From Octopus vulgaris (taxonomy: Eukaryota), in contig OX597831.1 of the NCBI GenBank assembly GCA_951406725.2, positions 47,430,001 through 47,494,000 of the forward strand: a DNA stretch of 64,000 nucleotides, written 5' to 3'. The notes under the pieces were generated by a model, which saw only the letters and a list, made by a program, of their open reading frames with translations, was not told where the DNA came from and did no database searches. How positions within the stretch are numbered: the first letter of the stretch is position 1; each line of letters opens with the position of its first letter. The translations under genes and the position numbers were made by a program. Positions 26,187 through 38,107 of the stretch are shown piece after piece.

Positions 26187-26585
26187 AATTAACTCATGCA
26201 ATAAAATTTAAGATTTTTTATTGTTGACTTTTTGAAGAAGAGAATGCTGCTGGCTGGTCATAGGAAGTTAGTAGATTTTGTAATAAACTATGGTTGGTGT
26301 TGCTATTTAACCTAGTTCAAATTAACTCATGCAATAAAATTTAAGATTTTTTATTGTTGACTTTTTGAAGTAGAGAATGCTGCTGGCTGGTCATAGGAAG
26401 TTAGTAGATTTTGTAATAAACTATGGTTGGTGTTGCTATTTAACCTAGTTCAAATTAACTCATGCAATAAAATTTAAGATTTTTTATTGTTGACTTTTTG
26501 AAGTAGAGAATGCTGCTGGCTGGTCATAGGAAGTTAGTAGATTTTGTAATAAACTATGGTTGGTGTTGCTATTTAACCTAGTTCA
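26187..26585 (+). repeat. Tandem triplication, 133-bp unit
   Basis: AACTCATGCA recurs at 26191, 26324 and 26457; the copies are almost identical. Confidence 0.95.
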
Positions 26586-26774
26586 GCTTTGAATGAGCAA
26601 ACCTAAGATTGAAGGTATCTCTGCAATGATCATCCTGTCTTTTCCTGAAGTACAGAGCATTCTGGGCCATGTCATCCAATGTACTGCTTCTTTTAAAATA
26701 GTTGGGAAAGATTTGATTAATATTTAGCTGCTATTTCTTGCAGCCTGTTGAGTGACTTTATGAAAGATCCCTTT

Positions 26775-26955
26775 GTGGCATGCACATGTAATCCAACTGC
26801 TAAGAAACTTGGATGTTGGATGGTCAATTTGAGAGTAGCAGTCCTGACAAGTTGGTCATCCATAGTGATTGGACATCTGTGCTAAGCTAGCTCAGCATCA
26901 ATATGATGTTGTGCTGATGACAGAGCTCACAAGTTGATACAGGACTTGATCCCGT
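26775..26955 (+). pseudogene. Decayed 7SL (SRP RNA) copy
   Basis: Colinear blocks matching metazoan 7SL: GTGGCATGCACATGTAATCCAACTGC, TTTGAG..GCAGTCCTG, GATTGGACATCTGTGCTAAG, CAGCATCAATATGATG, CACAAGTTG..AGGA. Many changes are CpG-type transitions. Confidence 0.7.
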
Positions 26956-27030
26956 GTAACTGAAATTTTTCATTTGCCATGAAGAGAAATGTCATAGACC
27001 ATGATTAATGTGTTTGTGTTCTTATGATTA

Positions 27031-27529
27031 CCGTAAATCCGCATTTTTTTCCCCAAAATTTAAAGGTTAAAATCCCTAGTGCGTACTATTTACGAGGTTA
27101 AAAATGAAAAATATTTTCTAAGCAATGTCCGACTCTCTATTTGCTGTCCGGCAATGTTTATTCAGACGTATTTTGTGATGTCGGGTGCGAAAATACCTTG
27201 AGGTAAGCCTGAAAGTAATGAAGTCGTAAAAGAATCATCCATAACTTGCAGTAAGCAACATTTATTAAACGTTATTACTGTTATTTCTTTATTTTCTGCA
27301 AACAAAATGCCCAAAAGAGCTACATGTTTGCATTATGTTATATATACAATAATAAATAAAGGACGTTACCACATATATTTTTACAAACCAAGGACGTTAT
27401 ATAGACCTCCTTGACTCAAGTTAGAGAAGGGGTGCATGTTATACACAAGGTTTAGGTTTTACAGAGGTACAGTCCCCTAAAAATCCCGTGTATTATACTC
27501 AAGGGCGGACTATACTCGAGAATTTACGG
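27031..27529. mobile_element. pogo/Tigger-type MITE
   Basis: TA|CCGTAAAT...GGACTATACTCGAGAATTTACGG|TA; the left TIR is partly deleted. Confidence 0.7.
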
Positions 27530-29964
27530 TATGTTTAATTATTACAGTTATATACAATCTAATGAAAAAGCTTCTATGTAATCATTCAACTTGTTAGAAA
27601 TATTAACCAAATTTCTCCCAGATCAACCCTTAATGTCTAAAAGAAGGAAAGGATACAAGGACCCTTTAGTATTTAGAGTGGACATATCCAGCCCAAATAT
27701 CCTACCTGTTTTATGTTGCAACTGGCCAGATTTCACTTCTCACCTACCCTTCAATATCATTCTAATATTATACAATCACATCATTTAAATGAACTCAGAG
27801 CGTAAAGACAGATGAAATACCTGTTTCTTTATTACCCACAAGGGGCTAAAAATGGAGAGGACAAACAAGGACAGACATATCTATTATGTTGATTACATCG
27901 ACCCCAGTGCGTAACTGGTACTTGTTTTATCGACCCCAAAAGGATGAAAGGCAAAGTCGACCTCAGCGTAATTTGAACTCACAATGTTACGGCAGACAAA
28001 ATACTGCTAAGCATTTCGCCCGGCGTGCTAACGTTTCTGCCAGCTCGCCGCCTTACAATCACATCATTGAAATTTCAGAGTTACATGCATGGTTAATTCA
28101 AAATAATATATGAATAAATAAACATTACATTTGACAAAATGATCTGAATACTAAAGGAGTTAAGATAATGTAGTCTTAGATATTTATCATTTGACAAGAT
28201 AGTCATGACAACAAGTGAGGGTTGGTAAGAAGAGAAGCATCTGGTGGTAGAAAATCTGCCTCCGTGAATATTGTCTGACCCATGCAATATGGAAAAGTGG
28301 ATGTTAAAATGATAATGATGACATTTAGCTTCTTAATCTTGCTCTGCAATATCAAACATTATGCTTAACTTTTTAGTATTTAAACTGGTCATATCCAGCC
28401 CAAATATTTTTCCTGTTTTATGTTCAAACAGGCTAGATCTAGCCTCTCACGCCTACCCAACAATGTCATTCTGAAAACAAGCAATCTCATCATTGAAATC
28501 TGAAAGCTACAAGATAACGCAAAATAAATTCAAAACAATGTGAATAAATAAGAATTCCATTTGACAGAATAATCTGAATGCTAATGGGTTAAGGCACAAG
28601 TTTTTCTCTCTGCTGTGAAAAAAAAAAAAAGAAGAAAAATATTGATCTATGGCTCAGTGGTTAGAGCGTCAGGCTCACAATCATGAAGTAGTGAGTTTGA
28701 TTCCTGGACCGGGCTGCGTGTTGTTTTTCTTGAGCAAGACACTTTATTTCGTGTTGCTCCAGTTCACTCAGCTGTAGAAATGAGTTGTGATGTCACTGGT
28801 GCCAAACTGTATCAGCCTTTGCCTTTCTCTTGGATAACATTGGTAGCATGGAGTGAGGAAACTTGTGTCTCTGAGGGGAACTTTCTAAGTACAATCCCAC
28901 GATCATTCATGACTGAAGGGTGTACTTTTAATTCTTCATTCTTATTATACTTGCTCATAAATTTAACCATACATTTCTACTTCTCATACTGCTGTGTAAT
29001 ACAGTATTTGCTAGCAACACAATGATGGGCTTAGAGCTATAGTAGACACTTTCTCAATGTGGGGTGCAGTGGGACTGAACTTGAGACCATGTGGTTGGAA
29101 TGCAAGCTTCTTAACCACAATTTTACATATATATATATATGTATGTATGTGTGCATGTGTGTGTGTATGTCTGTATGTAAAAATTGTGTATGTATACTCA
29201 TGTATGCACACAAACATATATATGTATATGTGTAATTCTATCTATCTATCTATCTATCTGTCTGTCTGTGTCTGTCTAAATACACAAATACACACACACA
29301 TACATAGCACAGGCTTGGCTATGTGGTAAGAAGTTTGTTTCCCAACCACATGATTCTGGGTTCAGTCCCACCATGTGGCACCTTGGGCAAGTGTCTTCTA
29401 CTTTAGCCTTGGAAGTGGATTTTGTAGGTGGAAACTGTAAAATGCCCGTTTTATATGTGTGTGATTGTGCCTGTATTTGTCCAGCAGTGTCAGTGTGGTT
29501 ACATCTCCATATACTAGCAGTTCGGCAAAAGGGACCGATAAAATAGGTATCAGGTTTAAAAAAATAAGTACTGGGGTTGATCCATCCAACCTAAGTTCTC
29601 GAAGGCGGTGCCCCAGTATGGTTGCAGTCTGTTGACTGAAACAAGCAAAAGAATTAAAGAATATATTTCTGGTATATTCCATTTGGATCTATGAGAAAGA
29701 ATAGATCTTTCAATTTTCCATCTCCATAACTTGTTGAACATAGAACTCAGTACGTGAATATATATATCTTTAATCTGGAGAAAGTTATAAAAGTGACGCA
29801 AGGCCCATATATATATAATTATAAAATGCACAAATGCACACTCACACACACACACATAAATGTATGATCCAAGGATCGAGGTGTAAGAAGAAAGTGAGCT
29901 AGAAGCAATCCGTAGAAAATAGGAACAATAGGGATTTATTAGGGCAGGAAGTCGTGAATTTTCC

Positions 29965-29998
29965 CTGTGTGAGTGTGTGTGTGTGTATGTGTGTGCGT

Positions 29999-30038
<40 letters not shown>

Positions 30039-30197
30039 CTCATCATCATATATATTTATATGTATGTATATAAATAAATGTGTGTATATATATATACATA
30101 TATATCTCATCATCATATATATATATGTATGTATATAAATAAATGTGTGTATATATGTGTGTATATATATGTGTGTGTATATATATATGTGTATATA

Positions 30198-30261
<64 letters not shown>

Positions 30262-30300
30262 AATATATATATATAGATAGATATGTAGATATATATATAT
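29965..30300. repeat. Compound (TG)/(TA) microsatellite tract
   Basis: Direct reading; explains ORFs 29556..30359, 30078..30392 and 30113..30349. Confidence 0.95.
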
Positions 30301-30478
30301 GGGTAAATGTAAAACGGAAGATGCACGATGTGTATGTACTTATTTTCATTGATTTTCAATTATTTGAAGACTGGATAGTTTCAGTAGTCTAACTCTCTAT
30401 TCTGAAGAAGATCGGTTTAGTCAGAATAGCCGTTTAATAAAACGAACAGGTTGACATCACACCGCATGTTACAACAAA

Positions 30479-31459
30479 ATGGCGCAGGTTGAGGAAGTTA
30501 CCAGCGTGGATAGACTGAATGCAATCCTTGCTGAGGCGAGATCGAACCTTGTTGTTTTACATTTCTCTGCTAAATGGTCGGGAGAATGTGAACAAATGAA
30601 TGATGTATTGCGTGAACTCGCAAAAGACCCTCATTATGTAAACGTACGGTTCCTTGTCGTGGAGGCTGAAGATCTTGTTGAGTTGACAAAGAAGTATAAA
30701 GTAGCAAACGTTCCTGTGTTTATCTTTTTCAAAAATAAATCACGGATCGATACACTCGAAGGTGTCAATGCCTTGGAACTATGTAAAAAAGTCAAGAACC
30801 TCGTCGAAGCTACAGTTTCGATACCAGCTGAAGAGAGCGAAGACGACCTAAATGTGAAACTACAAGCGCTGGTTAGCCAAGCACCTGTCATGCTTTTCAT
30901 GAAGGGTACTCCCGATGAACCCAGATGTGGTTTCAGTCGTACCATCATCGGTATCCTGAATGAGCACAATATCGACTATTCTCATTTTAACATTCTCAGC
31001 GATGAAAATGTGCGCCAGGGATTGAAGAAATTCTCCGACTGGCCTACTTATCCTCAGTTATACCACAAAGGGGAACTTATCGGTGGATTGGATATCGTCA
31101 AAGAATTGTCAGAATCGAACGAGCTTAAAAAAATGTTGCCCCAGAAAGAAGATTTGAAAGTTAAATTGAAAACCCTCATCAACAAAGCAAGTGTTATGCT
31201 GTTTATGAAAGGTTCCCCCGATACACCGCGTTGTGGATTCAGTAAAACTACTATTGGTATTATGGAAGAAACTGGCGTCCCTTACGAGACGTTTGATATT
31301 CTTCAGGATGACAGTGTGAGGCAAGGGTTGAAGACTTATTCCGACTGGCCTACATACCCCCAGTTGTATGTGAATGGTGAACTGGTAGGTGGACTTGACA
31401 TTATTAAAGAACTTAAAGAAAACAATCAATTAGTTGATACCTTAAAAGGAACTTCATAA
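30479..31459 (+). CDS. GLRX3: Glutaredoxin-3 (PICOT), single-exon CDS, 326 aa
   Basis: N-terminal thioredoxin-like domain (VVLHFSAKWSGECEQMN) plus two monothiol Grx domains, each with MLFMKGxP, PRCGFS, WPTYPQLY and GGLD. Uninterrupted ORF with start context acaaaATGG. Confidence 0.97.
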   Translation: MAQVEEVTSVDRLNAILAEARSNLVVLHFSAKWSGECEQMNDVLRELAKDPHYVNVRFLVVEAEDLVELTKKYKVANVPVFIFFKNKSRIDTLEGVNALELCKKVKNLVEATVSIPAEESEDDLNVKLQALVSQAPVMLFMKGTPDEPRCGFSRTIIGILNEHNIDYSHFNILSDENVRQGLKKFSDWPTYPQLYHKGELIGGLDIVKELSESNELKKMLPQKEDLKVKLKTLINKASVMLFMKGSPDTPRCGFSKTTIGIMEETGVPYETFDILQDDSVRQGLKTYSDWPTYPQLYVNGELVGGLDIIKELKENNQLVDTLKGTS

Positions 31460-31506
31460 AATAATCGATCCTATTTAAGGTGATACAAATGATCTATGTA
31501 TTGATC

Positions 31507-31512
31507 AATAAA
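31507..31512 (+). promoter_or_regulatory. Candidate polyadenylation signal of GLRX3
   Basis: AATAAA about 50 nt after the stop codon, followed by T-rich sequence; a second AATAAA lies near 32213. Confidence 0.45.
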
Positions 31513-32754
31513 GATTCCTTTTCTTCTTATCTGTTTGTAATAAGAAATAATTGCACATACACAAACTCATAACACGAATCTATTCTCGTTACAGTTTTAA
31601 TTAAATGTCAGAAGTTATGAAATAGTGAAATTTAAATTTTTTTTTCGTTTTTTTTCCTGTCATATAAAATTACTCATTTTTTGTTATAACTTCTAATATT
31701 TTAAACTTAAAGACAATGTTTTGTAATTTAATATCTTTCCTAACACATCTCAAGCGTAAAGTGCTACTTGTCGAAAACACTGTTCGCCAGCCAGTCGTGC
31801 CGTGATCAGTTTGGAAATATTAACTGCAGTAACTTCACTCATTTAACTATAATCCAGTGTCTGAGAAGGTTATAGTAACTGTACACTTTCTGTATATTTA
31901 ATAATAATAATAGAAAACAAAAGTAAAGTCGTAGCCTCCTTTATATTTTGAGCACACCGGTGTCTGGCGATAAGTTGACCACTTTCTGAGCGAGTTCTGT
32001 GTTTTTAATACACCAACTCTCGTACGAGAAGTTTCTCTGAGACAAAAATATTACAGCTACTACTGTTCTGCGTTTGTGTATATATCGTTGTTTTAATCTA
32101 ATGCTTTTTAAAATGTGTATATATATATTTTAGCTTAATATTTGACAAATCACTATAAATTTCAACACTTTCCTCTTGTTGAAATGACGCGGCTCTTAGT
32201 GTTTATCGAACAAATAAAGATGCATTGATTTATTTAATTGAAACAAAGCACAGAAACTTAAATACTTGAGTGGTTAGTATTAGGAAAGATATTAAGCCAT
32301 AAAAAAATGTTTGAGGACGATTAATTGGGAAAACATGTAATAAATGTCATTTGTATTTGAAATTATAATTTCACTAAAACGACTCCTTGTTTTAAATCCA
32401 GAAATTATTTAAGCAACAAGGGCTGCCACAGACTTGATGAAATTATAGTTAGCATATTTAGAATTTACGTATAACTACCTTATTATTCAGTTCTAATTAT
32501 CATTGGGTGTCTTATTCCTTGATGTGTGTTTATATAGTACACCTAGTTCAGAAATAAAGGTTTGTAGTTCATGTCCAGCTTGGGGCTCTATGTCTCCAGG
32601 AACAAGGCATTTAATGAATACTAGCCAACTGGCACGTCTCTTCTACCTGTGACATATGCCCTTCAAACTAGCAGGCTGTCTGCTCACCTTCCTTCACACA
32701 GCCACTGGGTGCACCACCTTTCATCACGTTAAGTCCACATTGTTCACAATCCTT

Positions 32755-33010
32755 CCTTCACTGTCTATATTTTCCCTATAGACATCATTAATTTGCAGAA
32801 GCTCAAGCTGGACATCAGTCTCCTCAACTTCACCATTCTGCAATGTTTATAAGTTCTCCTTCTAGGATTATGTAACAGAAACCTTTACTCTTACAATACA
32901 ACACTAAGACATGCTCTCATGCTAACATACAACACAGTGTACCATTATACAAGATGCACCAATACCACAACATCACCCAATGTTGTGAAACACTACCATA
33001 TCATACTCCA
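32755..33010 (+). repeat. Dispersed duplication (copy at about 33782-34035)
   Basis: Shared block TTTGCAGAAGCTCAAGCTGGACATCAGTCTCCTCAA...GTTGTGAAACACTACCATATCATACT. Confidence 0.85.
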
Positions 33011-35123
33011 ATGTTATGCTGTACAACATCACTTGTATGATGGTAATGCTCATTTACAAACATCATGTCAAGACAGTGAAGTGAAAAGACACACACACGT
33101 ATGTGGAAGCACATGGCTCAGTGGTTGGGGGTGTTGAAACTCATGATTGTAAGATTGTGGTTTCACTTTCTGAACTGGGCGACACGTGTTCTTGAGAAAA
33201 CTCTTCATTTCATGTTGCTCTAGTCCACCCAGCTGGCAAAAATGAGTAATCCTGTGACAGACCGGTGTCCCATCCATGTGGGGAACTTATTTGCAATGGA
33301 AACCTGGAAACTGGCCCTTAGGAGTCAGCACGACTCGAGAAGGTAACTTTACCCTTTTTTTACACATGTATCCATATATCCCAGTCATGCGGTCTCAGGT
33401 TCAGTTCCACTGCACAGCACCTTCAACAAGTGTCTTCTTCTACAGCCCTGAGCCTTGTGAGTGTTGATAGATAGAAACTGGAAGAAACTGATCATGCATT
33501 TGTTTGTATTTGTGTATATTCCTTGTCTTCATGCCATATGATGGTTGTAAATGAGCATCACTGTCATATGTTCATTTTGAGACTTCTGTAAAAGAAATGT
33601 CTGGCCAGGTTACTACTACATTGCCTGGAAACAAGTGAGGGTTGGTGACAGTCAGAGCATCCAGCTTAGAAAGTTTGCTTCAATAAATTTCATTTGACCC
33701 TTGCAAATATGGAAAAGTGGACATAAAAAGGCTGATGAATACACACACACACACACACACACACAATCTAAATAAGACAGACCTTCACTGTCTGTATTTT
33801 CCTTATAGACTTCATCAATTTGCAGAAGCTCAAGCTGGACATCAGTCTCCTCAAATTCACCATTCTGCAATGTTTATGAATGTTCCTTCTAGGATTATGC
33901 AACAGAATCCTTTTATCTTAACAATACAACACTTAGACACTATCTCATGCTAACTTACAACACAGTGTACCATTATACAAGACACACCAATACTACAACA
34001 TCACCCAGTGTTGTGAAACACTACCATATCATACTTTAACACATCTTTACCTAAAGGTGTGGTCAAATTCTTTTTTTCTTATTATTTAGATTATATTTTA
34101 CTCTGATTACAATGATTTTACCAACGTGAAACCAGGATTTTCTATACCTGAAGAATTTCAGTACTAGTCTGGAATGTACAGTGTTAATAGCCCAGAACTT
34201 GGGTTGATTGCATCATTAGAAATCCCCTACCATTATACTCCTCTAGGACCTTAGATTATATATTTATACACTCAAGAGGGTTTTGAAAAGTTCCTGGTTA
34301 TAATGGTATTGCAAAAGGCCTGGCAGGAATCCCAACCTCCTGAGTTCTTTTACAAGGCTTAGAAAAACTGAATGACAACTGCAATAAATTTGACTAAAAT
34401 TCTTCAAGGCTGTGCCCCAGCATGGCCGTAGCATAATGACTGAAACAAGTAAAAAATAGAAAAAAAACCATCCAACTCAAGATGTTATTAAGATCTGTTG
34501 TGAAATCTAAGAGAAGTGCTGTGGATGTATGTGGAAAATCTTGTCCTGTCCCTAAAAGGAGGAGTGATGAGTTTTTTTTTTATGTGTTCATTACATGGTG
34601 ACATCATTAGTGGTGGTGCCATGGAAAAAGTCACTCAGTACACTCTAAATTGGATGGCATTAGGAAGGGCATCTGGCATTTGATTGTAGAAACTGTACAG
34701 AACTGAGACATTAGAGCATGATGTTGTTATCCAGTGTGTTTGACCCTGCTGAACATCCAGCTCATGCCAGCATAGAAGGAGGATGTGAAATGATGATGAT
34801 GGATATATATATATAATGTATCAGTGATCTCAAGCTTAAATTCACAGCCTCCACATCAGACCATGGTTGGCGGAGTCGACATGCTGAGACCTTTGTCCTA
34901 CAGTGGACTGAACATAGGTATTCCAACCCAGTGCAAGTACATATATATGTATCTGTGTGTGTACATATATATGTGTATGTACATATTAATATATGGGTGT
35001 ACGTATATACATGTGTACATATATGTATACATATATACATACATGCATACATACATATGTATGTATGTGTATATATATATGTATGTACCTATATATATAT
35101 GTACATAAATAAATTTATATGGA

Positions 35124-36630
35124 CAGTAGCAGCCATAATATAAGGGTCAGTAAGATCAAGTGTATTGAAATAGTTATAGAAGATTAACATGCTGAGACTA
35201 GATATTTTATACATATTTAGATATATCTAATATCTATCTTTTGTGAAAATTTCATGTGAATGGAATAAATATTTCGTAAGTTATGAGGAAATAAACAATC
35301 TTCCAGATTGCAGTGGCCCAGTTAAGAGTCACTTAGATAAAAATGAGCTACTAACCGAGGTATTTGTTATTTAGAAGACTATTAATGGGCTAACAGTTAC
35401 TTCTTATGATCTTACATTATTGGACCATTCAACTGTCAATATGGCGGTTTGTGAGAGACGACTGGTGTGCCTTCACCAAGGGAGCAAGTCAAATTCTGTG
35501 ATAGCAACTACTGTAGGAAGGTCTAGATGTGTTGTGCAATGAATTGTAACTTGTTTTAAGTCATCAGGATCAACAAATGCTAAACCCAAAACCAGTAGAT
35601 CTTCATCCAAACAAAATTGTATTATGGTTAGAATGTCACTGAAGGATAGGTTTAAGAGTGCTGCTGAGATATCCTGAGAGTTTAGCTCTACTTCCGATGT
35701 CCATGTATCATGAAAAACAGTTTCTCAGGGGTTACGAGGTTCTGGATTGTTTGCTTGGGCACTGACAAAGAAATCTCTGATCATTAAGAGGAATCAAAGA
35801 GACTGTCTTCAAGACAGAAGGACTGTAATCGCAGGTTCATTTTAGTGATGAATCGAAGGTTAATGTGATTGGTTCTGATGGTGGGATGTACATCCTACGA
35901 AGAAGTGGCAAAAGGTTATCTCATGCATGTGTAAAGAAGACAGTGAAATATGGAGGAGGCAGTGTAATAGTATGGGGAGTGATCTCTACTGCTGGTCCTG
36001 GTCCACTTATTTGCCTACAAGGGACTGTCAATGCTGAAATCTACAAGCAGGTCCTTAGACAGCATGCCCTTCCACATCTCCAATCTTCATCAGTTCAACC
36101 ACCTGTCTTTGTGCAGGGTAACCCTCCTTGTCACACTGCGAAGAGAGTCAAAGATTTTTTGAGTGAAGGGGTTGATCTCATGGACTGGCCACCTCAAAGT
36201 CCCAATCTCAACCCTATGGAAAACGTTTGGAAGATTATTGGTGATGGGGTGCGAAGGAGAAATCCAAAGAACCAAGATGAACTCTGGGAATTATTGCAAA
36301 ATGAATGGAGCAATATTACTCTATCATTTTGCAAGAAATTAATTCAGTCTTCTGGTAACAGATGTCAGGAGGTCATTGACCATTTTATTCTTGTCCTATT
36401 TTTTATTGTTTATCTAAGTGACACTGGTCATTGCAGTTTGGAAGAGTATTTGTTTATTTCCTCATAACTTATAAAATATTTATTCCATTCGCTTGAAATT
36501 TTCACAAAAGATAGATATTAGATATGTCTAAACATATGTAAAATATCCAGTCTCAACATTTTGTCAATCTTCTATAATAAATATTTCAATACACTTGTTC
36601 TTACTGACTCTTATATTATGGTCACTGCTG
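35124..36630 (+). mobile_element. Tc1 (DD34E) transposon with about 220-bp TIRs, defective
   Basis: Long inverted termini CAGTAGCAGCCATAATATAAG.../...TTATATTATGGTCACTGCTG|TA. Transposase motifs FSDESK, KTVKYGGGSVIVWG, VFVQGNPPCH (second Asp mutated) and WPPQSPNLNPMENVW; the N-terminal part has stops. Confidence 0.93.
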
Positions 36631-36634
36631 TATG

Positions 36635-36676
<42 letters not shown>

Positions 36677-36679
<3 letters not shown>

Positions 36680-37910
36680 TCATTGTTTAACGTCCGCTTT
36701 CCATGCTGGCATGGGTTGGACGATTTGACTGAGGACTGGCGAACCAGATGGCTGCACCAGGCTCCAATCTGATCTGGCATAGTTTCTGCAGCTGGATTCC
36801 CTTCCTAATGCCAATCACTTCGAGAATGTAGTGGGTGCTTTTACATGCCACTGGCATGAGGGCTAGTCAGGCAGTACTGGCAATGGCCATGCTCAAATTG
36901 GTGTTTTTTACGTGCCACCTGCACAAGAGCCAGTCCAGTGGCACTGCCAATGACCTCACTTGAATATTGTTTTTCATGTGCCACCAGCACAAGTACCAGT
37001 GAGGCAACGATCACGCTTGATTGGTGCATTTTACATGCCTCCAGTATGGGAACCAGTCAGCTGCCCTGGCAATAATCACGCTTGGATGGTGCTCTTAGCA
37101 CTTCACTAGCACGGATGCCAGTCATGCGGTACTGTCATTGAATTTGATTTTGATTTCGATTTCACTTGCCTCAACAGGTCTTTGCAAGCAGGGCTTAGTG
37201 TCCAGTGAAGGAAAGGTATGCATAAGTGGGCTGGTTACTCCCCTGGCATAGGCCACAGGTTATGATCTCACTTGGCTTGCTGGGTCTTCTCAAGCACAGC
37301 ATATTTCCAAAGGTCTTGGTCACTAGTCATTGCCTTGGTGAGGCCTAATGTTTGAAGGTCATGCTTCACCACTTCATCCCAGGTCTACCTCTTCCACAGG
37401 TTCCCTCAACCGCTAGGGTGTGGCACTTTTTCACACAGCTATCGTCATCCATTCTCACCACATGACCATACCAGTCATCTCTCTTGCACACCACATCTGA
37501 TGCTTCTTAGGTCCAACTTTTCACTCAAGGTACTTACACTCTGTCGTGTATGCACACTGATATTACACATCCAGTGGTGCATACTGGCTTCATTCCTTGC
37601 AAGCTTACGCATGTCCTCAGCAGTCATAGCCCATGTTTCACTGCCATGTAGCATGGCTGTTCGTACACATGTGCCATACAGTCTACCTTTTACTCTGAGC
37701 AAGAGGCCCTTTGTCACCAGCAGAGGTAGGAGCTCTCTGAACTTTGCTCAGGCTATTCTTATTCTAGCAGCTACACTTTCAGACTTGGTCACTTAGGTAA
37801 CAGAAGTTATCAGCTACTTCTAGTTTTCTCCCCTGGAATGAGACAGAAGCTGTTCTTTGCACATTTTCAGTGTTTATAGCACCTGAACATTTGCCACATA
37901 CAAAAACTAT
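36677..37910 (-). mobile_element. 5'-truncated RTE LINE (ORF2 C-terminus, 3' UTR and GAT tail)
   Basis: LRVKGRLYGTCVRTAMLHGSETW...DLRSIRCGVQER followed by a 3' UTR ending in (GAT)n next to (TA)n. Confidence 0.9.
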
Positions 37911-38071
37911 ATACATATGTACAGGCACAAGTAAGTATATAAATACAAAACAAGTTGGAGAAAATAGTACTCAAGTACCTGAGGTAGAGTAATATGCTTT
38001 TATTAAAGCTGTAAAATCTTCATGAAGCTGTTGCTCAGTTTCATGTTCTCATTAGTTGGATAGTTGTGATG

Positions 38072-38107
<36 letters not shown>

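Noticed and set aside
29556-30392. 267-aa and overlapping ORFs rich in YI/HT/CV
   Set aside because: Translations of dinucleotide microsatellites; the same applies to similar ORFs across the window.
30634-31429. Antisense ORFs within GLRX3
   Set aside because: Shadow frames of the real CDS with no recognisable motifs.
35865-36467. Active or domesticated Tc1 transposase
   Set aside because: The second catalytic Asp is mutated (QGN), the N-terminal domain has stops, and the TIRs are diverged.
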